Shown here: one piece after another, positions 25,898-36,685 of the stretch
How the letters are laid out: the number at the start of each line of letters is the position of its first letter
How positions within the stretch are numbered: the first letter of the stretch is position 1
Notes under the pieces: generated by a model
Seen by the model: the letters and a program-made list of their open reading frames with translations, nothing else
What the model was told of the DNA's origin: nothing
Databases searched by the model: none
Made by a program: the position numbers and the translations under genes
NCBI GenBank assembly: GCA_965644295.1
Contig: CBFFRP010000380.1
Span: 1 to 64,000 of the forward strand
DNA: 64,000 bases
DNA from: Paraphysomonas bandaiensis
Lineage: Eukaryota; Protista; Chrysophyceae
Direction of reading: 5' to 3'

Positions 25898-26825
25898 CTA
25901 TCGGCACGAAAGCCAGCACAAGCATCCAGGAAGCATACCAACGACTTGTGATGCGGGCTTCCAAACTGAAGTTGAGAAGTCCAATGGGGTCATCGTGGTT
26001 AGGTGTCAGGAAGAACTCTCCTGCTGCCCATGCACTGGCCGAGCAGAGCCACACCAGTTGTGCGAGATAGTGAGCGTGATCGACAAGCATTTTTCGATCC
26101 CATAGTGTAATCCACACGAAATCAATTGATAGAAGAAATGTGGGAACAAAGAAGATGACTACCATAGAGGGTACCCACCAGTTCCATCCAGTATCCTTCA
26201 GTAACCAGAACAGAGAATGAATGTTCTCGTACTCTTTCCAGCTCTGGAAGTAGAATGGAAATCTCCACGTCACCTTTTCGGATTGGTAGACATCTATCTT
26301 TAGGCAATACGACACATAGTTAGCAAGTCTCAATGGCTTCATAACAATGTAGTACAGGGATACCCATATAGATGCGGCAATAAAAATGTAGCCTGACTGA
26401 ATCGTCCTTGCATCATACGTACTTTCCTTATTTGGAAACCTGTAGTCGTGTAATTCTCCATCCATCCATAAGTAATGTCCTAGAAGCCACATAAATACTG
26501 TGCTGTTGAACCACGCATCGTCAAGATTTCGATTGAGAGCGGATTTTGTGAAGAAATACAATTGCCACAAGAGGGCAGCACCTCCCACAATATGGGCTAC
26601 CCAATACCAATTCTGAGCCCATGCCAAGTCTTTTATAATCCACAAATAAATGTGAAAGTTGCTTTGGCCGTTGTCGGACACATAATATCCCATAGACCAA
26701 GGAATATCTGGTAGGCTGGACCAGCACAATCCTCTATCTGGACATTTGCTTAGTCTTTCTGTGCGCTGTAACTCTTCTGCAGACCGTCTTCGTGGTGATG
26801 ATTTAGGAGATGGAGTGTACACCAT
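25893..26825 (-). CDS. Multi-pass membrane protein with an internal duplication, truncated by the copia insertion
   Basis: Two related halves (NFHIYLWIIKDLAW / NIHSLFWLLKDTGW) and many hydrophobic helices. The ORF stops 3 nt inside the LTR; its true end lies at 20153-19999. Confidence 0.8.
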   Translation of the reverse strand: MVYTPSPKSSPRRRSAEELQRTERLSKCPDRGLCWSSLPDIPWSMGYYVSDNGQSNFHIYLWIIKDLAWAQNWYWVAHIVGGAALLWQLYFFTKSALNRNLDDAWFNSTVFMWLLGHYLWMDGELHDYRFPNKESTYDARTIQSGYIFIAASIWVSLYYIVMKPLRLANYVSYCLKIDVYQSEKVTWRFPFYFQSWKEYENIHSLFWLLKDTGWNWWVPSMVVIFFVPTFLLSIDFVWITLWDRKMLVDHAHYLAQLVWLCSASAWAAGEFFLTPNHDDPIGLLNFSLEARITSRWYASWMLVLAFVPIE

Positions 26826-27344
26826 TACTCTTTCAATACTCAACAACTAAATTCTACATGACTCGATGAATTTCTCTTTCGTAGAGTTGTCCCATTCAAT
26901 ATTACAATAGCTTCCTTCCAAGCATTATGCATACAATTCTATAGGTATGCGTGATCCCATACTATTAATACCACTTCTTCAGTAGATAGAACACAGACGT
27001 ATGTATCTACAGTCTATAGTATCATATTGACGTACATTCTGCACTTTCCTCATATTCTATTCATACTTCTGTATTCCTCCGTATACGGTATGTATACTCT
27101 ATGAAGTGAGTCAAGGGGTAAGATATTCAGATATTCATATGAAGTCAAGTGTATATGGTATATAGCAACCTCTCAGTGGCCGTGCATCTATAGTGAATGC
27201 CTTAATCCCCACACACTGCAGATAGTTCAGCTACTGAAACATACACTATAAGCCACATTAATATTAATGTGTATACATCTATATCATGTCTCATCATGGT
27301 CATGCATAATCACCTCACTATTCATGCGGTAAATTATCAGCAAT

Positions 27345-29240
27345 ATGTCATCATTCAAACACTCGTATATTATCCTTACGATTATTATGATGTTGATGTT
27401 AATGTATATGTGGCACCCGTGTTGGACATCATCTTCGCAAAGTTTAACGAGTACGCAACAAACTGAAAGCATAGGTACTGGTGAGAATGTACAACAAAGA
27501 AAAGATCTTATATATATTTATGATTGGCCTGATGCTATCATAAACTCTTGGCCTGACAAGAATGCTACCTTTCTGGACGAGTTCACACCTGACTTTTATA
27601 GAAACCACGGGGCAGGAAAGCTGTTGAATCAATCAACAGGACTTTACAGAACCTTCCAATATGGTAGCATTCGTTGAAACTTTGATATTTGATATTGTTG
27701 ACTTATCATAGGGTTGTTTCTCTTATTTTATTATCGGCTACTCCAGAGTCCATTGCGTACTCATGACCCGAATATGGCTACTTCGTTTTTTATCCCCTAC
27801 GATATTGGAATTGATGCAAGCTACAATAAAGTATATTCCTATGAAAATCATTGCATTACCTAATATATCGTTTTCAAGGATGGGAAACTTCGGCGCACAA
27901 ACTGTCCTCGATCTGACGAGGTCAAGGGTTTAATCTCTTTATTTTGTTTTCTGTTAACCTCTATCTCAGGTTTCCAGACTGCTCTTTGCCAGTCCGTATT
28001 TCAGTAAGCGTGGCGGACACGATCATTTTCTCTTGCACAGCATTAATCAGCCGATGCGCTTCTTCAACAATCAGCCCGCATGTTACGACTTTCTCACTAG
28101 AATCTGCACGAATTGTACGAAGCTTTCCATTGATTCGTACCCCAAGGTATTTTCACGATATCATTTAGTTTGGGTGAGTTGAGTAACGAGGAGTCGTAAT
28201 GTGTAGGGATATGATAGGACGTCGTATATGCCGAACTGGCATTCGATTCCCTTCCCATCCAACTATCATTGGTCCAGTTTTGTAACTCATCCACCGTGGG
28301 CGGATTTTTCCCGACCTCGACCCTATGCCGTCTCGTATATAGGATCTATGTCATCCCACCTCAAGAAATCCAGGTGAGGGCTGTGTGTTAAATTAATACT
28401 TTGTATTACCACTCACGTGTTAGACCCTAATCATATGATCTTATATATGCGATCTAGTAGCCTATTAGAAGGCGAACTTTCTACAGCCGTTGTTGTTGCG
28501 CGTATCTCATATCTTGTGTAGGACTCTGCGGGAGATACTTCGGAGGGAATGCCGTGAAAGTGAATATAGGTACGCTGGTCTATGCCGTTGGTACGATCTT
28601 TCCCACCATGGCTCAAGTGCTGACGCGCTTTCACCAAATCATACTTCGCAATCAAATATGTGGAGGGCTGCCGAGGATAGCACTTTCTGTATTACTCCTC
28701 CTGGAGATTTTCCTACTCGAAAAGGCAAGTTCTTCAGACACAGTATTTACAGCAGTAGGAATGCCTTATCATATCTAATTTATCGCAGGTTTTTTTGATT
28801 CTTTACTGGCTGGGTGTATTCCAGTTGTTTTCGCGCCGTTGTCCGCACATAGGCAATGGCCCTGGCACTTGGGCCTCTCCAGTACCTTTGCTGTGACGGT
28901 TTATGTATCAGGACAACGCGTGCTAGACCAGTCATTAAACACTGTGCAATATTTGATTGATAAACACCTCTTTGAGAAAGATGAGGTCTATATGAAAAGA
29001 CGAGCAATTGCTGACTTGGCGTTCGGGTTGCAGTACAGCATGCCTGAGAGGGGAATGAACAATACAGAATTCTCTCGAAACGATGCATTCGATATAACGA
29101 TAGAAAATATACTGCAGTTACATCGTGTAGCTGAGAGACGATGGGAACAGTCTATTGAAATTGGTGATCATATTGATCGTGGATTGGTTCCTTACGACAT
29201 TTCTTTTTCGTACAACATTCATAAAAATGACATTAGATAG
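27345..29240 (+). CDS. Exostosin-family (GT47) glycosyltransferase, type II membrane, multi-exon
   Basis: N-terminal TM; [74 protein letters not shown]. Confidence 0.88.
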
Positions 29241-29706
29241 TGTAATGCTGTATACTTGACTGAGTAGGAGCATGCCATATTTTGGCTGCAACTTCAATGT
29301 CTTCATGAGAAAACTCTAGGATGCAAAAATATGAGAAGAGCAACTGTGGAACTGTGGTGCAGCAGCATATCCAATATGCGATTCGTGGCATATCACGTTG
29401 ATATCACGTCATGTTTGTTACAACTGACCGACATAGAAATAGATACATAATATCTGCAGCTCGTAGAAAATTTAGTGATGCAATATGTGTCACAGATTGA
29501 ATTTTTAAATGATATGAGACCCGCTTGTTTGAATAGACATTTTTTAGAATTTTTAGTCACAGTATGATATCTGTGGATTTCAATGTGACAGTGATAGAAA
29601 TTAAATAAGTGTATTTGTTTCCGTCATATCTCCAATCTCCGATATGTGTAGTAACGGAGTGGAAATTTAAAGCATATATCCTAGTTTAGTATTTTGAATT
29701 TTGAAT

Positions 29707-31613
29707 GGGATCTATTATTGGGCCTAGTCAATTTTGTGTAATTTCCTAGTCACACCAAAATTGGTGTTAACACTTAGTCAAGTGGTTGAAAGACCAAATC
29801 GTTGATTAACTCCTATTATCAGTTTACAAGCACACTGGGGTGACTACAAGGTGTTTATGGTATTCACCTAGTCACAAATAAAAATTGCATTCAAGAATGC
29901 GAGCTTACTCTATCCACCTATCATCATTAATGAATGCATATATTGTATACAAGAAGTCGATCGCATCCTTGGAAAAAATAACTACACTGTCTGTACAATT
30001 GCGATTGACAGTGCCATCGAACGCTTACTAACTGCTGGATTATGGCACTGGCGTATGCACAGTACAAGGCGGCCATACTACTCTAGCCCACTCCTTACTA
30101 ATTTCCAGGATCTCTGCGACCTAAGGACACTTGAGAACTACACTTCAACCAGAGATCAACGCTACGGACACAATCCTGATCGAGCGCCTGGCTACTGGAC
30201 CAATAGCGGAGTACACCTCCCGCGCAAACTAGCTCAAGCGGATGGCAGTGCATCCAAAGACAAACTCAGCTCAAATCTACGCCAAAGAATACTCAACACG
30301 GCACTGACATGGGACAAATCTTTCTGCATAGGGAGGAACCGGGCCAAAACCAAACAGGGGCTTGACCTGACCAAAGCCGCATGCTCTGACTGCGGGTTTC
30401 GACTAGATTCCCTAAAACATATGTGCCTCGACTGCACACATGAATCCATCACCCAAATAAGGGAAACTGCATTTCAATCGCATAAAAATGTGCTCCACGA
30501 AATACAGAGAACTCAGACCTTACCCAACTGGATCACATCTGCACTACGGAGACTCTCCAGCAGAGCCTGGAATCCCTCCATCCCACAGGTCGAGAGATAC
30601 TGGACTGGAACCATCACAGCAGCCCAACTGGAAACGGTCTTCGGAGATGCCATACACAACCACCTGACGGCACACAGTCTACGGAACCTAGAAACAGCGG
30701 TTATTAATCTCCTGCAACCGCTTTACATTGCAGCGAAGCTTATGTTACAGGATCGCGGTTGTCGCTATATCACCATGTCCAAAAGGCCGCCCAGGCTACT
30801 CCCGAGACCCCGTCCGAAACGCAGTCAGTCAAGACAACGTCCGAGAGTCCTTCGCTTACTAGGGGTCCAACGACGACCCCCCACAGCGTATCCGACTCCA
30901 GACACACGTGCACACCTCACAGGTCCTACCCGACAGAGCACTGGACTGCCCAGACCTCCACAACGCCGACGGCTTCGACAACTCTATCTACACCCGCGGC
31001 CCCACAGGAGCACAGTAACACAGACTACAAACCCTACCCCTCCTCCCAACAATCCCCACCACCCTCAACCCACACATCTGGAACTAGGTGCACTCAAGAC
31101 CCTAATTCAGAACGCTGAGCCCCCTCCAAAACCAATGGAGACCCATCCCAAAGGGAGACCCCCAGATCAATAGCGCCGGTGAGTCCACGGACACACCATA
31201 AAGGCGAATTTCATATCACACAAAAAGAACGGAAGTGGTTGCACCTTGGTGCTTGCGGCGACGCACAAGCAGCTTTCGTAGCGTTAAATAGTAGGATAAA
31301 AGAGTTTGTATTGATTAGTTACGGGTAGTGGTCTAACTAGTATGACTAGCATTCTTCTAGCCACTAATTGATGCAAGGTCTCAACGCCTATTGCTAAATA
31401 ATCAGACATTCACTATATATTGTATACATGCAGCACATCACATTTCAACGTCTTAGACAGTCACAGTCAGTCACGTCACAGTACATAAGAACGACTAGGT
31501 TTAATACCAGAGCTGACTAGGTTGAGTCATTTCTTACTTTGACTAGGTTATTCCACCAATTTTGGTATGACTAGATTTTTCTACCAAATAGGCTACGTTG
31601 AATAATTTTTCCC
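29707..31613. mobile_element. Mutator-like non-autonomous element (about 430 bp when empty) carrying a nested LINE
   Basis: Ends GGGATCTATTATT... / ...AATAATTTTTCCC match the MITE at 14815-15027 in opposite orientation; 9-bp TSD ATTTTGAAT / ATTCTGAAT (1 mismatch). Confidence 0.8.
29952..31414 (+). mobile_element. 5'-truncated non-LTR retrotransposon (ORF2 C-terminus plus 3' UTR)
   Basis: Frame open from 29953 to 31173 with a CCHC finger CSDCGFRLDSLKHMCLDC; perfect 14-bp TSD ATATATTGTATACA (29938-29951, 31415-31428). Confidence 0.85.
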
Positions 31614-32145
31614 ATTCTGAATTGTGCTACAATGCTTATCGTTTATCACAAGAACACGTACAAGAGGCAGTATATGGAGCATCTATTGCAAGTATAATAA
31701 GCTTACAGTCTATAAGAACATCGTAAGAACATTAAATTTTATAGTTTATATCATAACAGTATATCGTATGAAGTATACGACCAATGTTTCGTAGAGTTCA
31801 TTTCCGATGGAGCTATCGTCACATATTATATACAGTGATGAAATTCAACTTACTAAGTACACTAGAAACGGCAAGGCTGACACATTACACATATATATTA
31901 TGACAGCAATATATATTTATGGCATCTTAGAACGCTTTCACTTTTGATTGCAGTGTGCCACCTAGACTCGTACCAAAGAAGTAGAAAACTGACACTTGTA
32001 TTGGTTGTTATGATTATTATATCTAAACACCAAATTCTCATGACGACAGACTTTAACCAACATTATATATCAGCGGTTGATCATTTGTCATGTGAGGTAT
32101 ATCGACTACTTAGAAATATATACGCCTTATTTATTCGACATGCCA

Positions 32146-32480
32146 CTATGTATTAATTCCTTGTACAACCTGGACACATCGATTACAACAAAATGTACAT
32201 CATCGTATTATAGCTAACCTTTTGAGCGGACTTCAAGCTGTCAATAAACGATTTCAGTTCTTCTGCAGACAACTCTATCAGTTGATTCTCACTTTTCCCA
32301 TTAGCATCCACAGTTTCAACGTTGAACATCAACACAGGTTTGCGCAGGCCACTAATTTTGTCTGATGATAAAACAAGCTAGTCGTAACAGTTATATTAAA
32401 TCAAATAAAATATTTATGGATATGCTTACACGAAGGGACCAGTCGAAGTCTTTAAGCTGTGAATATGATATAGCAGACAT
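32146..32480 (-). CDS. COMM-domain protein (COMMD8-like), 77 aa, 3 exons; absent from the ORF track
   Basis: Exons 32480-32430, 32377-32219 and 32169-32146 with GT-AG introns give MSAISYSQLKDFDWSLR-LVLSSDKISGLRKPVLMFNVETVDANGKSENQLIELSAEELKSFIDSLKSAQK-VVQGINT*. Confidence 0.85.
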
Positions 32481-32841
32481 AATTACTCCAATATGAAATA
32501 ATAAACCACTACACTAAGAGTGTGGAAATGACCCTCAAGTTTAATGAATAATAGGTGCTAGTTGCTAGAATGCTTTATTACTTGCTGACAATAACTCCAA
32601 CTTGTAGTTATGTTAACTAAGTGGACAAGCATATGATCTAGCACCCATGACACATACATAGACATACAGCCTACACTCTCTAAATTACATGAAATACAGA
32701 CTGTATTCCTTGTATTTTCCTACCTTCCTACCTACCTTCCTACCTACGACATATATATATATATACATACATACATACCTACATACACTCCAGCAGCAGC
32801 ACATGGATATCATATCCCTCAATAGCCGACAGGACAATTCA

Positions 32842-32860
32842 CCTAACCCTAACCCTAACC
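32842..32860 (+). repeat. Short interstitial telomere-like repeat (CCCTAA)x3
   Basis: CCTAACCCTAACCCTAACC in the divergent intergenic region. Confidence 0.6.
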
Positions 32861-32933
32861 AAGGTTAAAATAAAATTAAACTTACCTTGGAGTAGCGTAT
32901 ATCACTAATTGTGATTTTGTTAAACTTAATTTT

Positions 32934-34589
32934 ATGTCTTATCTAACTCTATACACGTCGTTTGCACTGCCACTACTCGCTGCTGCCCAATCATATGGCA
33001 ACATAACGTATGATCCTCTTACTATTGTTCGTGGTATGTGATTATTATTAAATATTATTGTATGAGATAATTTGTTGCAGGTGTACATAATGTTCCTCAT
33101 TTAGATCGCAACTTGCAGCCATCCAGTAAAGATTTTGACATTGATTTGGATATCAGCGGAAATACTTATGAAGAGTCTGTTCTGGTGCTCCCCATTCTAT
33201 TTACATGCATATTATTCCTAGGATTTACTATGTTCGAATTATGTCTCTGCTGTCGCATGTGTTGCAAGACCTGTAGGTGCCTTGAGGACCAGGGGGCACC
33301 ATTGAGAAACACCATTACTACTCTCTCGAAGTGGAATGCAGCCGTTGCTAGCTCTAGGGGTAGTCTTATTCGGCAGTTCTTTGCGTTTGCAATCCTCACC
33401 CTCATTGCGTGCCAAGGAATGTTATGGTGCTCTCACTACTATGTTCAGGGAGCCAGTCGCTCTGTGGACGCAGTCGACGCACTGAAGGATACCTCAGTGA
33501 ATCTGGAAAACAGTGGTGACTACTTAGAGAATTCTGGAGACATTATTATTAGTTTAGTGACTGATTCACTCCCTAGTTGCCCCGAAGCTAGTGATATTTT
33601 AGAGTACACGGACGACTATGAGCAATATATTGAGGACTACAACGACATCATTGAACCTATTCCCGGTGATCTCGACGATCTTGAGGCATTTATGCGAAAG
33701 TACGGTGTGGTTTATGTACGTAGAGCCGTATGGTTTGTGTATGGGGCATTTCTTGCATTCGTAGTAGCTTTCTTGTGTGTATACACTACAAAGAGCAAGA
33801 CTCTCATGAGAATTATCATTGCGGTTGGACTTATTCTGCTACACGTGCTGCTCATTCTGTGGTGTTTGTTTGCAATCACGATGGTACGTTCCTCTCCCTT
33901 ACGGTCTATGCTATGTTGCACTGAAATAATTCTAATATTACAACGTCATTTATTTCTGATCTCTTCGTTTGCAGATCGTGCTGGCAGACTTTTGCATGGC
34001 CCCGACTGACAACATGATATCTGTGTGTCCTGGGAGTGCGGAAACCGTAGCAGAGTACTACGGCACCTGTAACGGAACCAACCCTTTTGATGATTCTCTC
34101 GACTCTGCATATGACGCAATGGATTCGATTACTGAGGGATTAGACTACCTCACCCAATCAGGAGGTCCTTGTGAGGGCAATCCTTACTTGTTGCAATGTT
34201 ACCCAAATGTCGATGACATTAATGGTAATCTTACCTTCATCGAAGGAGAGATAACCTGTGAGCCCATGCAGCGGCAGTGGGCAAAATTATTCAACGACTC
34301 CGTTTGTGACGGATACTTTACAGCCGTGTTTATTACGTTTTTTACGCTGCTTTTAATTATATTGTGCCTTTTTTCTCTGCTGATCGTGGCTAGTCTACTT
34401 TATCAATATTTCGGAGAGCTCTGGGAGGTAAGTGATGAAAGTATGGTGGAAATCACTTCTACCGAGTCCAATGATAATCCAGTATGGAATAGCACATCGA
34501 CAAGGAGTAACGACTTGAAAACCTCTGATCTAATATTCGCTGAGCCAGATGCGCCTCCTATAGCTTCTGAACATGATACGTGGGTATAA
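32934..34589 (+). CDS. Tweety (TTYH)-like multi-pass membrane protein, 3 exons
   Basis: Start MSYLTLYTSFALPLLAAAQ; TM followed by a Cys-rich CLCCRMCC; ADFCMAP...YYGTCNGTNPF; Cys-containing second loop; final TM. Confidence 0.72.
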
Positions 34590-34910
34590 TCAGCATATAT
34601 TTTGTAGATGCGTATATTTCGAGGTACATTTGATTTGATCCAGGGTCAAAGCCAGCCTCGTGATATTATTCTTGAACTGATTTATCTTGCTGTTGCCGTT
34701 GTGAATGTATTATTTGTCAAGCAATACGCTGTAGTAACTTACGCACGATGCGATAGGGCAAAAGTTTGGTATGCACTTGCTGCTACTATGTGTCTAATCG
34801 CACTCGCTCTTCCCTGGTGCTCGTTAACAATAAGTCAAACTGTTGTTAGTCATTTAAATTATTGAAATAATAAAAGCAGTATGGCATACTCTACTGAATG
34901 CTTCAAAAAT

Positions 34911-35820
34911 AACTCTGATATCGCACTATATAACGCTACAAAGCTGCTTATGCATCATCGCAAGCGCCAAGGAGCAACCACTTTTGCTCTATCACTGAAA
35001 GTAAACACAGTGAGCAAGCAGAATGTTGATATACCTGACATCTGCTGACTTCAGGAGTTTTGAGTCTTTAAGATTGAACAGCCTGGATGCATGACTTCAG
35101 CAGGCAGCCCAATACCCCGAAAGTCCTTGAGATTGGCCCATTCCAGGATGCATGTTTATTCGTCAGGGCCCAAAGACGTCTACACAAGTAACACTGATTG
35201 GTGTCCCTTGCCCTCAACAAAGTCGGACTTGCACCTTTTCGTGGCGTTTTGGGGGATAAGTTCCTGGAAACTAACGTGAGCTGCATATATAGTCAGCAGA
35301 TAATATTCTGCCTATGTATAGCCAAGCGCCTGTGTGGTACAAGGAGGAACACTAATTAGTGTCGTCACTTGTGTAGACGTCTTTGGGTCATGACTAATAT
35401 ACAGGCATCAGGAATCCTGGAATGGGCCCACCTCAATTGCATCCGGGTAATTGGGCTGCCTATTGAAGTCAAGTATCCGGGCTGTTCACCTCTTAAGGAC
35501 AGAAAGCGGAAGTGGATACCCCTTGTGGTGCTTGTGGTGACACACAAGCAGCTTTTGTAGTGCTAAATAGTAGATATCAGAGTTAAGCACTAGTTAGTTA
35601 AATTGTTTTTGCTACATTAGTTCTGACTCTTACACGCCTGTTGCTAGTAATCAAACATTTCACAAGTACTGTGTCCCTTGTATCACGGAAGCATTTGGTT
35701 ATGAATGGACAGAATATTATCTGCTGACTATATATGCGACTTACGTTACTTTTCCGGAGAAATATCTCCGGTATTTATCCCCCAGAACACCACAAAAATG
35801 TGCGAGTTCGACTTTGTTAA
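34911..35820 (-). mobile_element. SINE-like element (minus strand) interrupted by a second copy
   Basis: 34911-35210 plus 35681-35820 together are colinear with the copy at 49421-49897. Confidence 0.75.
35211..35670 (+). mobile_element. SINE-like element, 460 bp, nested copy
   Basis: Flanked by 10-bp TSD GTGTCCCTTG (35201-35210, 35671-35680); 3' part homologous to the LINE 3' UTR at 31230-31414. Confidence 0.8.
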
Positions 35821-36010
35821 GTGCACTACACTTTAATGGTAAAGCAGTATTGTGAATTTGTGACATATTATGTGTTGCCAGAGTATATATAATTAGAAAT
35901 AAGGATTGCGCTGCATTTGTGGGTAGCAATATGTTGTTAGAAGCTGAGTAACACAGATACTCACAAAGAACACAAGCCGTGCGCATATTTCCGCTACGTT
36001 TCAGATAGAT

Positions 36011-36420
36011 CAGGGCCAGGTAACCATGAAAGGCCCATTAAAGGTAGTCCACTTCCCGGCAATTATTAATTATAATGCCATTAATGGTAAATGTCCCGGC
36101 AATTATAATGGCCATTTATGTCATTAATACCTAACTAGAGATAATACCGCTCCCTGAATTGCTGATTTAGTTGAATAATAGTATACGAACCGTAACCACA
36201 CACATCATCATTCTTTACGCTCTCCACTTGCACATCAGGATCATCTTGCAGGGCTTCATGGAGGGTATAAACACCCAACAACATGCAATTGGCTTGTAGG
36301 AATAGCAACGATTCTAGACTATGTGGATTCATGCTTCTACGCTCAGGTGTCATAATCAATTTTGCACGAGACTAAAGAGCCTCTCAACAACACTCAATTG
36401 TGCTTCGATATGAAGCTTGC
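36011..36420 (-). mobile_element. hAT-like transposon 3' remnant
   Basis: Frameshifted VERLFSLV / MTPERRSMNPHSLESLLFLQAN (hAT C-terminal dimerization region); terminus CAGGGCCAGGTAACC; second copy at 50066-50410. Confidence 0.7.
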
Positions 36421-36685
36421 AGTGGTAGTTGGACTGATAGGTACCAAGTCGAGCTCTCTTGGTGACCTCTGATATAATATATCTTCGCTCAGTGACCGTA
36501 GCGTCCACTATTGCTAATGAACATGAGAACCGTCTATTCAACGCATACGGTATAAGCCATACACTTCATGACATTGAAACGAAAATTTTATAGGAGTTAC
36601 AGATTAGTATACACCGCTACCATGTGATACGAATAGAAATTCTGTGCAATCATTAGAGAACAATATCTTAAAACATTCTACCATC

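Noticed and set aside
35803-35814. GAGTTCGACTT as a Pol III B-box of the SINE-like family
   Set aside because: It lies antisense to the element orientation defined by the LINE-like tail, and no matching A-box or cloverleaf was seen.
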